Shown: positions 8,972 to 21,353, numbered from the stretch's first letter. The stretch: 21,730 bases of DNA from Ginkgo biloba (GCA_024626585.2 JANKJI020000004.1:78311675-78333404), one strand, 5' to 3'. Program-made: numbers and translations. Notes: a model not told the origin generated them from the sequence alone.

Positions 8972-10162
8972 NNNNNNNNNNNNNNNNNNNNNNNNNNNNN
9001 NNNNNNNNNNNNNNNNNNNNNNNNNNNNNNNNNNNNNNNNNNNNNNNNNNNNNNNNNNNNNNNNNNNNNNNNNNNNNNNNNNNNNNNNNNNNNNNNNNNN
9101 NNNNNNNNNNNNNNNNNNNNNNNNNNNNNNNNNNNNNNNNNNNNNNNNNNNNNNNNNNNNNNNNNNNNNNNNNNNNNNNNNNNNNNNNNNNNNNNNNNNN
9201 NNNNNNNNNNNNNNNNNNNNNNNNNNNNNNNNNNNNNNNNNNNNNNNNNNNNNNNNNNNNNNNNNNNNNNNNNNNNNNNNNNNNNNNNNNNNNNNNNNNN
9301 NNCCTAATGGGTGCTCTTTCCATTATATATATTTTGCATGGCTTTTCTTCTGATATAGCAAGAACATTTTCAAGAAGCTTAACTCCAAGCATCAAATGCA
9401 ATGAATAAGCTTGTTAAATGTGAAACTTATGTGTTAACAAGTGTATTGCACTTTTTTTCTTTTGTCATAGATTACTATGTGCTGTCCCATGATAGTTTTA
9501 TTTTATATCTTACATATGAATTTGCCACTACCTACTTGTATTTGTAAGTTCATATTCAAAGCATTAGATCCAAAAAATATACAATCCTTCTGCTTATGGA
9601 TTTTGTAATTTCATTTTTCAATTGTGAATTGTCCAGTCATCCATTCAAAGCTATCAGCATTGAATAATTTTGTTGTAAATCGCTCAGATATGTTCTTTTA
9701 GCCTTGTAGCACTGGAAAGTTAAATGCACGTCCACAAACTGCTGTCTCTGAACAAGGCACTTAGATTTTATAATGGAAGTTAAACAAATGAGTAAGAAAG
9801 GAAAGTGGTCATTTAATGGTTTTTTCTTAATGCGGAGAATGANNNNNNNNNNNNNNNNNNNNATGACAAACAACAGTAAGGGTCCACTCCAGACACCATA
9901 ATGTTAGAGCAATGATGTTAATGTTGTAGTGACAATGGCAACATGCCAATATAGGCTAATTCGATGGTGGAATTTTACCCATAGTCCATATATTTGCCTC
10001 ATGCTTCATCTACTGATTTTATTGCATGTGTTTATGTTTATGCATTGTTCTTGCATTAGTCACATTTAGTTTGCATTCTCCATTAGCTCTTTTTTTGGCA
10101 GATGCATTGGACTAGTTAATGCAGGCATTGCACATTAACCAATCATGTACCTGGTTTCAGTT

Positions 10163-10835
10163 TCAAAATGATAAAAGGGGGCTACTTAATCATACTGGCT
10201 GCTTGGATAGAGGTCATTAGTGTGGGGCAGAAGGTTTAGAGTGATTTGTGGGTTGTCTGACAGGACTGTCGGAGCAAACCATCTGGTTCTGCTCTTAAAG
10301 AACCTAATATGGAAGCACAAGTATAGAATGGCCTAGTAAATGCTGGTCCTTATGGATATTCCACCTTTATCATTTCCCNNNNNNNNNNNNNNNNNNNNNN
10401 NNNNNNNNNNNNNNNNNNNNNNNNNNNNNNNNNNNNNNNNNNNNNNNNNNNNNNNNNNNNNNNNNNNNNNNNNNNNNNATTCCACCTTTATCATTTCCCC
10501 TCGGTGCAGTGTGCTTCCTATTGTGCTGGCATTCCTTGCACTTGAAATCTCGGTACTTGGAATTGCTACTTCTGGATTGGGTTCCAATTTGCCCTGGTTC
10601 ACCAATTCCTCCTACCTCTAATCACAGATTCATACGACCCACTCACCAGCCTAGGACTTAATTATCCTACTGGCATGCACTCTCTGNNNNNNNNNNNNNN
10701 NNNNNNNNNNNNNNNNNNNNNNNNNNNNNNNNNTCAAAAGGACAAACAGTGGGACTAAATCACACTGGCTGCTTGAACAGAGGTTGTTAGTGCGGGCCAG
10801 AAACAAATTGGGTTTGGGCTGCCTGACATGACTGT
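10163..10835 (+). repeat. Diverged direct duplication of about 105 bp (10163-10270 and 10734-10835)
   Basis: act.aatca.actggctgcttg.a.agaggt..ttagtg.ggg.cagaa and tggg.tg.ctgaca.gactgt are shared between the copies. Confidence 0.75.
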
Positions 10836-11836
10836 TGATTTATAGGATTGATAAATGTCCACAATTGTTGATGGCACACTATAGTATGTTATGTAAATGA
10901 GGCAGTCCAACTTTGGGTTATGCAGGTGAATTGAATATCATCCACATCCAATTATGNNNNNNNNNNNNNNNNNNNNNNNNNNNNNNNNNNNNNNNNNNNN
11001 NNNNNNNNNNNNNNNNNNNNNNNNNNNNNNNNNNNNNNGCTGCCCGTTGCATCTTCCTCTAGCAATAGAAAAGAAGAATAATCTCTAGATACCAATGTGT
11101 TAGCAGTTACTCCTAATCTGGAATCTGTTTTTGTTGTAATTTTTGACCTGCTTTGTTCTACTAAAATTCATGTACGGTTAACATACGGTTCAGATTCAAT
11201 CGTTCTCACTAATTTTTCTTGCTTTTGAAAAGCGAAGATGGTGTGGAACAACTGATTTGGATGGATGAATAGTTGTGAATAGCAGTGGTCTGTAAATATC
11301 ATCTTCTGGTCAATTGTACTCTGTTTTTTCTATCATTTTCAACAGTTTAACCTGTTCCATATATGATGAGGGCTTTAGAGGGGGTTTTATTTGTTTTGTC
11401 TCTATGCAAGCATTGTGCTTGTAAGGAACGATCCCTGTGATGTTTCTTCTGTTGTGATATTATCCTCAGCTGAGGTCTGAATTGCCTTGGGATCAAGCTA
11501 CTCAAACAAAGATTTGTTTCACTCATTTTGCAAGTATCTCTGAATTGCGATTTCTTCACTATGATAAAAGAGCTGAAGAAAGTTTTTGTAGTGAAATCAC
11601 AATCATGGTGTTACCTTGTGTATTGCAAAACATTTATAGCCATTCTTGTCTTGCATTACCCGGCATTTCACAGGCTGTGCAAGAATCACCTGTGCCTATG
11701 GCTTGTTCAAAAACATTTTTCATTGGAGGAGATTTCATTTTTTTAAAAACTATTGAAAACAAAAATGCTAGGAAGATTTATGGGAATTACAACCTTAGCT
11801 ATTGTTTGATGCATCAATGACTAAAATGTGCCCTTT

Positions 11837-12620
11837 TGTCATTTATGGACTCCATACTGTCCCAGGCGAAAGCCTCTTTATCTCTATTTATTGATTGAAT
11901 TAAGGTTCATGTGGTTATTGATTAGAACTATTTGGAGTGTATGCCTGGCAAGTAATAGTCAGGAAAGCAAACAATGAATTTCCACATCTCTTGGTCAGTT
12001 GTGACAATTATACAGTTGTTTGTATCATATTACAATTGGTTGTGATAGTTACATGGTTGTTGGACATGTAAAGTAGGTTATAGCAATCATGCAGTTAGAC
12101 AAAAGTATGTAGTTGTTTGCAAGGCATTGTAGGGGCGGTTGTAGTGTAATGAAGATTGATTGCAAGTAATAGGAGATGGGTTGTGGGTCACAAGTATGGG
12201 AATGCTAGTCACAGCTGGAACCAAATTGGTGGCAAGATTACTAAAGCCAGTTGCAATCGGTAATGGTTATTATGCTAATTCTAATAAAGAGTTATGACAT
12301 ACAATATTTAAAAAAAATGGTTTTTGAGGATGAATGGTTGCTTTGTTTCGAAAATCTCATCCTCCATTTTGTATATATATGCCCCCATTTGGGGCATACC
12401 CGCCAATCAATACATTGAATATAATTCTAACCTAATACACTCTTTCTTGTGGCATTTGCAGAGAGTACAAGTATAACAGTGAGAGCATTATATCGGTTTA
12501 TTCTAACTGTATGCTATTAGCCTTATTTAATGCATGGTATTTGTTTTTATTTGTTGAGCATCGTGAAGGCATCTATGTATGTTTCAACTCAAGTTAGTAT
12601 GCAACATAATTTTGGTATCT
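11837..12620 (+). mobile_element. Candidate LTR followed by a degenerate tRNA-Met-type primer-binding site
   Basis: TG start (11837 or 11858), GGTTGT-rich internal repeats, TATA-like GTATATATAT followed by the hairpin ATGCCCC-attt-GGGGCAT, end ...GCAACA at 12606, then TGGTATC at 12613-12619. It lies upstream of a same-strand gag. No partner LTR or TSD was found. Confidence 0.35.
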
Positions 12621-13399
12621 AACTCAGCTAGAAAATAGCAAACATTTGATTGCAATGCTTCAAATTGAGCCTTTTAGGGTCACGCTTGTGATAGTGTTGA
12701 CATGTAGACAAAATACGTTAATCAAAGCTTATCTAACACTAACTGTCATGGTTATGGCAAGGAAGTGTTCAACAAATTGGGGAAGCAAGGGGTCTTTGAA
12801 TGTCACATAAGAAGCAATGAATCCTCCTACTCATCCACACACACACACACAGAATGCCAAATCGACCAATCACTACACCACAAACCAACAAGGGTGAAAG
12901 CTCAACAACCCAAAAATGCACAAGTAGTAGCANNNNNNNNNNNNNCTTGGCATAATCATTGGAAGTACATTCCAACTTCATAGATAAAGGCCCCAAGGCT
13001 AATTATGACAAAGAGATACAACCACATTTTGCTTGCACATTGCCAAGGGATAGTGACATGTGAGAGAATAGTGGCAGTAAATTTGATATTTTAGTTTGTG
13101 ATTTAATGTTTGGTCCTATTCTTTGAGCCAACTACTCATTTTATTGTATGGCATANNNNNNNNNNNNNNNNNNNNNNNNNNNNNNNNNNNNNNNNNNNNN
13201 NNNNNNNNNNNNNNNNNNNNNNNNNNNNNNNNNNNNNNNNNNNNNNNNNNNNNNNNNNNNNNNNNNNNNNNNNNNNNNNNNNNNNNNNNNNNNNNNNNNN
13301 NNNNNNNNNNNNNNNNNNNNNNNNNNNNNNNNNNNNNNNNNNNNNNNNNNNNNNNNNNNNNNNNNNNNNNNNNNNNNNNNNNNATATCTTAGATTTGAA

Positions 13400-13757
13400 A
13401 GGACTTGCCAATGAGCAAGAAATTTAAGTTCTTTAATACTCTTCACATGATGGCAATTGCTTGGTATGAATATATCAACACCAACAATTCCATATGTGGT
13501 CCAAAATTCCTTGATTGGTTCTAATGGTTACATGACTCCTTAACAATATTCTAGGCTATGGAGGAACTTTGTCAACATCGCAAAAATCCATAAAAGGTTA
13601 CGATAGGAGAATGCCAATCTTGATCAACAAATTACAAGTAGGTCTTTTATCATCCCTTATCCATCGAAAATCTTCATGCAAGGACTACTACCACGTCTCC
13701 AACATAATACACTCACATCCAATGCACAATTACAAGCAAGTATGGGATCTTGAATGA
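13400..13757 (+). mobile_element. Decayed Ty3/gypsy gag fragment
   Basis: FFNTLHMMAIAWY...KFLDWF...SIKGYDRRM...FMQGLLPRL...HPMHNYKQVWDL aligns motif for motif with the gag at 4500-4870 (FFHTPSDRALAWY...TFLDHF...FLNGLAPRL...HPLQDYNQVPDL). Confidence 0.75.
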
Positions 13758-16689
13758 CATTTGAAAATTAATTTTAATTATCAAGGTTGGTTATAAAATT
13801 TTAGTTGTCTATTACTTCATATTTTTTAGTATTACTGTAATTGGGATGAATCCACAGGTTAATACTTTTGTATGTGTGGGTGTAGATAGATTAGAGAGTT
13901 ACTCTAAATTGATTGTATAGAGCTAATGCTAGATTTTTGGGTGCTTAGTAACAATGAGTGAATTAGACAAATGGTCTCTATACTTTGTTACACAATTTAA
14001 TAATTTTTTATTTTTTTCAAATAAAAAAGGAAAATCCATTAATCAATGATAGTCGCCTCCATACAAGTAGTTAAAATGCACGAGCACTAGAGCTAGAGGT
14101 TGAGAGGTTACAACAAGAATCAATAACACTATGAATCCAAAAAAACAACAAAAAAGATCTAGTAACCAAAAGCTTGAAAGTGGAGCTAGCTTGAGTTTGA
14201 CAAGAGGTAATGTGCTCAATTGACTCGTCGTTTGGTGCTCACCCCCATGCAACAAACAACGACACAAATGGAATGAGCATCATAGAGAGGAAGCAAAAAT
14301 ATTGGAACAATGGTATGACATTTATAAAGTCAACACCCATAACACAACATTGCAGTTTCAACAGGCATCGCCAGGGGGCTTGATGTGGAGGAGTACTAGA
14401 TGACCATTTGGTAGCAAGTTTAACAATTATAATACAAAAAGACATCCTACTCAAATCCCATAACAAAAAAAACATATGATGGAAACATGGAAGCAATACA
14501 TTATGACCTATGCTTACAATAAGGGCATGAAAGACAAGATTGAAAAAAAAAAAAAAATGTAGGAAGATTCATTTGTGAAGAATGTGGTCCAAGTGATTAG
14601 GAATGAGAGAATTATAAAAACAATCTAAAAAACAAAACAAAGAATTCCAATTTCTCCATAAAGGTTCTTAATAAAGTTGAAATTGCGTATATTTATTTTT
14701 ATGAAAGGTAGATTTACTAACCTTGTTGGTTGAAGAAGCTTTGAATGAGTTTTTTTTTAATAAATTCATGATTAAACTAAAAAAGAGGCAATACACCATG
14801 TATATGATTTTACATAAACTAGTATGCTCACGGAGTAGTATATCCTACATTAGCCTCTTTATACAAAGGCTTTTGACAAAACTGCTAGTAAGATGAGCAT
14901 GCCAAGAAAGCCTCATTATGTAGCTTCAACCAACTACTGACATTAACAATTCACAATGACACTAATGCAAATACCTTTCCTAGAGACTGAGTTACTACAC
15001 TGAACTATTATGAAAATACTATGTAAACATACAACCAACCTAATTGAGAGACCATTTATACCAACAAAAATCATCATAGACAGAAGCAATTGTTGAGTTT
15101 TCAATTTGCATCTTCCAAATCAATGGGTTCAAAGTGCCAATATTGATTAGACGTCACCATCTCATCTTCATCGTCCTTTATGAACTCGTCAAAGTTGAAT
15201 TGCACTGGTTGCAATATCTATTGAGGGCTACCCACCCTATACACCGATGCATGCTATGTAACAATGCCTTTTGATGTCAAATTGATCTCAATTGATTTGA
15301 ATATCATCTCTCCCTCATNNNNNNNNNNNNNNNNNNNNNNNNNNNNNNNNNNNNNNNNNNNNNNNNNNNNNNNNNNNNNNNNNNNNNNNNNNNNNNNNNN
15401 NNNNNNNNNNNNNNNNNCCCCTAGTTGAATGAGGGCAATTTACTAACTTCTTTTCATAGTGCATTTGTAAATAAGTTGGCAAAATTATTAACGCCATTAT
15501 TATAGAAGAATTAGACTTCCCCAATCCCACCAAAGAGAAGGTTTGTTTCCAAAAAAGCCTTTCAAACCATTTAGGTAGACATTCAAGAAGTATTATGCTA
15601 ACACCCTAAAAATCAACCTCCACATATTGATATTTGAAGAAAATACCATCATATAAAATAGGGATTCAAACATTCCAATCACGATTGTAAAGGACAACTC
15701 CATCATCTTGCAATAGTGTGCCAACACATAAGCCACAAGAACTCAATATCACACCTAAGGAACCTTCAATAACACTACCAAGACTAAGTGTTATGCAAAA
15801 GATTGGCATGCTCTAAAAATATATGGAAGGATTTAAAAATTAATATTTGTGAGTAAACATAATTGAGTGATGGAAGAAGGGAACCTTCTCTCAAAATGCA
15901 TGGCCATTTAAGATAGTAAAGTAAGCAAAGAGACTCAATGAACACCCCAAAGTCCCAATTCGAATTTATGATAAATCATAGCAAAAACAATCATAGATAG
16001 CGGTTCAAGTATTAATGTCATAATGAAAACAACATGGANNNNNNNNNNNNNNNNNNNNNNNNNNNNNNNNNNNNNNNNNNNNNNNNNNNNNNNNNNNNNN
16101 NNNNNNNNNNNNNNNNNNNNNNNNNNNNNNNNNNNNNNNNNNNNNNNNNNNNNNNNNNNNNNNNNNNNNNNNNNNNNNNNNNNNNNNNNNNNNNNNNNNN
16201 NNNNNNNNNNNNNNNNNNNNNNNNNNNNNNNNNNNNNNNNNNNNNNNNNNNNNNNNNNNNNNNNNNNNNNNNNNNNNNNNNNNNNNNNNNNNNNTCATAA
16301 AAAAAGGAGCAAAGTCATCATTTTAAGTCATAATTTCTTGAGGTCATAAATGTTGTGACTGCAAGTGATTGCTATGAAAAGGTGGCAGGTTGTTGGTTTA
16401 AATGCATCACTTTAGAGGTCTTCAACTAGTGGAAGTAGGAGGTTGAAGAGTTATAGGGGAGAAATGATAGATAAATTGATGGAAACCAAACTCAAGAATG
16501 AGATTGATTGGGGGGATTCCATGGTGCATGTAAACCATATGTAATAATACTTAATGATGCTCATTAAAGGAGTCAACTTATTCCTTATTCTAGCTCTTCC
16601 TTGCTTTGTAACATTCATGAGAGCCCGTGTATCTTAATTCACTAACTTGTTATAATATGACCACAAGTGAGGATACAAACTTTGATAAT

Positions 16690-17330
16690 TGAAAAAGACC
16701 ATGGCTAAAACTATTAGGAAACAATGAAGTACCCAATCTAAAACCAATAGATTTTTGCCCTATCGAATTTCAAGTGGTCACTTGTAGAAGCAAAGGATTT
16801 GATGAAAGCCTAGGACAATCTTTTAGAAAATGAAAATGACCAGTCAATGCAGTTTAAGGAACTAATGTCAAGGTAAATCAATGGAGTACAAAAGCATATT
16901 TAAAATAATATTTTTTCAGAGATTATTGAGGGCACGACTTCAATTACATAGGCTAAAATCATTTTAAGAATTTTGAGACATATTCACTTGGTCATATAAG
17001 TACTTTAAGAATATCTTACTAGAATGAGGGTAGCGACATATTGAGCTTGTAAAAGGTGCTGAACCTAAATAAGAATGTCCTTATCATCTAAAGAACAAGT
17101 CATAGGATAAATTAACATGTTGTGGGAATCCAGTTATATTTGTGAAGTTTAGAATAATGAATGGGTCAACATTGTTGTCATTGTTCATAAGAAGAAAAAT
17201 AAACTTTGAGTTTGTGTAGATTATCATAAATTAAACAAAGTGACTAATAAGGATACATTCATTATACCATTTGTCAAAGATGTACTAAAAAAGGTAGCAA
17301 GGCATGATATTTTCTCCTCTACCCAATGGA
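16690..17330 (+). mobile_element. Decayed Ty3/gypsy pol: protease end and reverse transcriptase N-terminus
   Basis: RPWLK (LGRPWL-like), DIFTWSYK...HIELVKGAEP, then NNEWVNIVVIVHKKKNKL*VCVDYHKLNKVTNKDTFIIPFVKDVLKKVARHDIFS, the typical gypsy RT signature (WxSPxVxVxKKxGKLRxCVDYRxLN). It runs into an N gap. Confidence 0.88.
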
Positions 17331-18120
17331 NNNNNNNNNNNNNNNNNNNNNNNNNNNNNNNNNNNNNNNNNNNNNNNNNNNNNNNNNNNNNNNNNNNNNN
17401 NNNNNNNNNNNNNNNNNNNNNNNNNNNNNNNNNNNNNNNNNNNNNNNNNNNNNNNNNNNNNNNNNNNNNNNNNNNNNNNNNNNNNNNNNNNNNNNNNNNN
17501 NNNNNNNNNNNNNNNNNNNNNNNNNNNNNNNNNNNNNNNNNNNNNNNNNNNNNNNNNNNNNNNNNNNNNNNNNNNNNNNNNNNNNNNNNNNNNNNNNNNN
17601 NNNNNNNNNNNNNNNNNNNNNNNNNNNNTAAATATCACATGTAGGCTAATTGGTTTTATTATGTGGCCATAAATTATCAATCTAGTAGTTTATAAACTTT
17701 GAGCAATAGAGGGAGATAAAATCTCAACCTAATAACCTCAAGTGCATAGAGGACATTTCTCAAAGAATTTACACAAATAGAGAAACTAAAGAAATTATTG
17801 AAAAGAAACATAATGATACAAGAATTAAAAGCTACTGAATGAAAAGGAAATGAAAACTACAAACTACAATATACATGGAAAACTCTAGGTATTCTATGAT
17901 GGAGTGGGATAACATCCACCCAAATCCATAATTGTTTGGAGCACCTAGTAAGATTATAATAGTATTTTCGTATGCAGGGAACACATTGTCTATTTTATTA
18001 ATTAAAAAGAGATAATTTATACAGCTAAGGGGAGGAAATTTAATCACAGGTAGATAATTCCTCTCCTAAATGACTCGATTCCATTACAAGATAAATTAAA
18101 AAGGATAACTAATCATTGAT

Positions 18121-18631
18121 TCACCTATAATCATTATGCAGGTGTCCTGTTAACAGAAAAAATAACTTGTATCCTATCTGGAAGAAAATTAGGCATGCCA
18201 TGAGAACAAATCGATCATCAATTAATGACTTATTACATAAAAAAAGTTACTTTTAAAATAATAGATAAAATTTATAATTAATAAATGGCCCCACTTACAT
18301 GTAACCCACAAGTGGACAAAAATTTATAAATGATGTGTACATATGAACCCACCTACAGATAAAGTGCATATGGCCCAAAAAGGATAATCTCTCACTCACA
18401 ATTATAAGTGAAACATAAAGTACATAATAATAAATGTTGAGCTCAGATGCATGTGAAGAATCACCTACAACCCACTTGTAGGTGAGTACAAGACCGCTCG
18501 TAGATCATTGTTAGCTTCATCATTTCTTTGTGATTATGTTTCCTTGTTGCTCTCGGTCACTTACACTGAAGCTGTAAGTGACAGACCCCTTTTCAGTTGC
18601 TCTGCTTCTCGACTTTAAACATCCACCTACA
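18121..18631. repeat. Cluster of short inverted repeats built from a CAC(C/T)TACA motif
   Basis: Perfect 10-bp stems TCACCTACAA/TTGTAGGTGA (18461-18485) and GTCACTTACA/TGTAAGTGAC (18556-18582). Degenerate pairs at 18121-18144, 18291-18315, 18350-18366 and 18392-18411, and a half site at 18624. Confidence 0.7.
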
Positions 18632-19139
18632 TATGACCTANNNNNNNNNNNNNNNNNNNNNNNNNNNNNNNNNNNNNNNNNNNNNNNNNNNNNNNNNNNN
18701 NNNNNNNNNNNNNNNNNNNNNNNNNNNNNNNNNNNNNNNNNNNNNNNNNNNNNNNNNNNNNNNNNNNNNNNNNNNNNNNNNNNNNNNNNNNNNNNNNNNN
18801 NNNNNNNNNNNNNNNNNNNNNNNNNNNNNNNNNNNNNNNNNNNNNNNNNNNNNNNNNNNNNNNNNNNNNNNNNNNNNNNNNNNNNNNNNNNNNNNNNNNN
18901 NNNNNNNNNNNNNNNNNNNNNNNNNNNNNNNNNNNNNNNNNNNNNNNNNNNNNNNNNNNNNNNNNNNNNNNNNNNNNNNNNNNNNNNNNNNNNNNNNNNN
19001 NNNNNNNNNNNNNNNNNNNNNNNNNNNNNNNNNNNNNNNNNNNNNNNNNNNNNNNNNNNNNNNNNNNNNNNNNNNNNNNNNNNNNNNNNNNNNNNNNNNN
19101 NNNNNNNNNNNNNNNNNNNNNNNNNNNNAAAATAGCCAA

Positions 19140-20490
19140 TTGGCTATATATAGCTACTAAGATTTTCCCTAAGGGACCTCTGAAGAAGGTTCATTTGTAA
19201 CACCCCTTTGTGTAGAGAGGCATGCTAGTTGCAATGCTGCTTGTCCTAATGTTTCCCTTGGATAGACCTTCTCCACAACTTCTATGACCGCTTTGATAGT
19301 TTCTTCCCTTGTTTCTCTAACATGCCTCTCCTCAAGACTAATGCTCATCCATTGGGCCTACATCTATTGCTGTATAAAGTTCCTCTTTCGACATTTGTCC
19401 TCATCCAATTTGTCCAAATTGGCATATGTTGCACCAATCATTCTATAGAAATCTCTTAGATCATAATGCACATATGTTAGGAGTCCTAAAACTTGAGGCC
19501 CTTTAGCAGTCTCTTTGTGCCATCGATGATATTCTATGAGACTTTGGGCATTGACCTCTACCTGAGTAGAAAAAGGCATAAACAATGGGTCAGGAAGATA
19601 ACAATTCCTTATCTATAAATCCCTAATGAATTAAATGTGTTTAATCAATTTTCCACATTGAGAGAGGGCCAATTGATATATCTATATGTTATATGGCTCT
19701 TGCCTCTGTAATGCCCAAGAATCTCTCATCAATTTTTCAAGTCTGACTTGGTCACCTACAAGGGCACTTTTCTCTAATTAGGACTTCTGATTGCCCCACA
19801 TCTTGATCACCAAATTCAACTTGTTTTGGTAGGCCTCCCTTACTCTTGGTACCCTTAGATGATCTGCATGCCACTAAAATGCCCTTTCACCATGCAAATA
19901 GTTTCCCCTCACTTGTAATCTCATAATTACTTTATTTCATTAGAATAGTTCGATTTCTCTTGACCTCCACTCTTCTTCCTTAAGGATAGACATCATCCTT
20001 CATAGGTGGATGTCTCCCATCGGCTCACCAAGGTGGAAGTCATCATCTTCTAGNNNNNNNNNNNNNNNNNNNNNNNNNNNNNNNNNNNNNNNNNNNNNNN
20101 NNNNNNNNNNNNNNNNNNNNNNNNNNNNNNNNNNNNNNGATAATTGGGTAACAATGGAGTGGATGTACACAATAAGCTCAACTGTATCACAAAAAATCTC
20201 TCTCTTCTCATCATGGTATAGGTATGTGCAGGGCATCTCATTTGTGCCATCTACAATCTAAGCTTAATTGTCTTGTCCAACTACCCTTGAAAAGGATTCT
20301 TGAAAAATTCAAACCCCAATAATAGGATTGCAACGAGGATATCAACCAATTTCCCCTTTAATTAGGTAATTTCTCCTAAAATTTTACCTTCTTTGCTATT
20401 AGACTCCTATGGCTCCCTTGGCTCTTACATCTTTAATTTCTCCTTCAATAGAGAAATCTCCTCTATATACTTCTAAGCTCTTGGACCAAC
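19140..20490 (-). mobile_element. Long decayed unidentified ORF, probably a TE accessory ORF
   Basis: Protein-like minus-strand fragments (19364-19585, 20000-20236 and flanks) rich in E/K/R, interrupted by stops and frameshifts. CpG-poor. No recognisable domain. Confidence 0.35.
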
Positions 20491-20592
20491 TGNNNNNNNN
20501 NNNNNNNNNNNNNNNNNNNNNNNNNNNNNNNNNNNNNNNNNNNNNNNNNNNNNNNNNNNNNNNNNNNNNNNNNNNNNNNNNNNNNNNNNNNN

Positions 20593-20643
<51 letters not shown>
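20593..20643. repeat. Compound microsatellite (TC)14(AC)11, 5' end lost in a gap
   Basis: Seen directly. Confidence 0.95.
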
Positions 20644-20708
20644 TCAAAATTAACTCTTCAAAATCACTTACACCTACTAGGAAATTAAAATTCCTCCTTA
20701 AAAATAAA

Positions 20709-21353
20709 TTAAATTATAATTACTCTACATGAATTATGCAAATAAAAATTTTTGTGTTTAAAAGTTCTATTGTCACTATGTAAGAATTGATGTGTGTATT
20801 TTATGAGTGGTATGGCGAGCACAACAGGTAGGGGTGGTGGATACATAGGGAGGAGAGGAGCAGGAGGAGTGGGGAGAGATGGATCCAGAGGGGGGAGATC
20901 TAGAGTTGGAAGTGGACGGGATGGCCCAAGTAGAGGGGATACTAGCGGGGAGGCCCACGTGGGTGGTAAAACCCTTGTGGGATCTAAGGGTGGCATAGGA
21001 AGAGAGTCCCGTGTGAGTGGGGAGCTCCATGTGGGAGGTGATCACCATACGAGAGGAGAGCCTTACATGGGGCCTAGTGGAGGCTTGAGGGAGTCTTGCG
21101 TGGGTCATGAGCCCTATGTAAGGGTCGTTGATGATAGGGAAGAGCCCCACGTGGGAGGTGAGCACTGTGTAAGAGATGAAGGGGGAAGGGGGGTGACCCA
21201 CTTAGGAGGAGCTGTAGGCACACCTGTAGGTGCACACATAAAAATAGGTACACCCATAGGAATAGGTGCTCTTAATAGGAGTAGCTGTAGGTGCAGTCCC
21301 ATGTGTAACCATAGTTGCAGACGTAGGTTTAGGGACATAAACTCGAGTGGCAT
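20709..21353 (-). pseudogene. Decayed Pro/Ser/Thr-rich ORF with PPTWGS-type hexapeptide repeats (likely TE-derived)
   Basis: ORF-track entries 21114-21353 and 20709-20996 are in the same frame and separated by a few stops, some at positions where the repeat has TGG (Trp). Confidence 0.45.
21004..21177. repeat. Degenerate 18-bp repeat (consensus about GAGCCCCACGTGGGAGGT), 8 units with two 15-bp spacers
   Basis: Units start at 21004, 21022, 21040, 21058, 21091, 21109, 21142 and 21160, with a further copy near 20950. Confidence 0.8.

Noticed and set aside
8333-9307. 324-aa ORF as a stand-alone gene starting at 8333
   Set aside because: It is the last PGDH exon. The true start is the acceptor at 8303, and the extension past 8971 is only Ns.
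10309-10323. ATGGAAGCACAAGTA matches the PGDH exon/intron boundary ATGGAAGCACAGGTA (7178-7192) at 14/15
   Set aside because: Similarity does not extend on either side; consistent with chance.
11347-11820. Short ORFs of 70-112 aa downstream of PGDH
   Set aside because: No domain similarity, overlapping in several frames, and UTR/intergenic-like composition.
11837-12299. TGTCAT...ATGACA terminal inverted hexamer as a solo LTR or MITE
   Set aside because: The flanking 5-mers (CCTTT and TACAA) do not form a TSD, and LTR-like features continue to about 12606.
14543-14557. A15 tract as a LINE, SINE or retrocopy tail
   Set aside because: No canonical poly(A) signal, TSD or recognisable upstream RT or tRNA-derived sequence.
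13800-16600. Possible DNA-transposon or gene remnants
   Set aside because: Manual translation gave no recognisable motif; left unassigned, probably old repeat DNA.
18121-18631. CRISPR-like reading of palindromic repeats with unique spacers (also considered for the 18-bp arrays)
   Set aside because: The context is eukaryotic and intron-containing, the repeats are short, non-identical and irregularly spaced, and there are no cas genes.
2236-19160. Many long ORF-track entries composed mostly of X
   Set aside because: Artefacts of translating N gaps; they contain no coding evidence.
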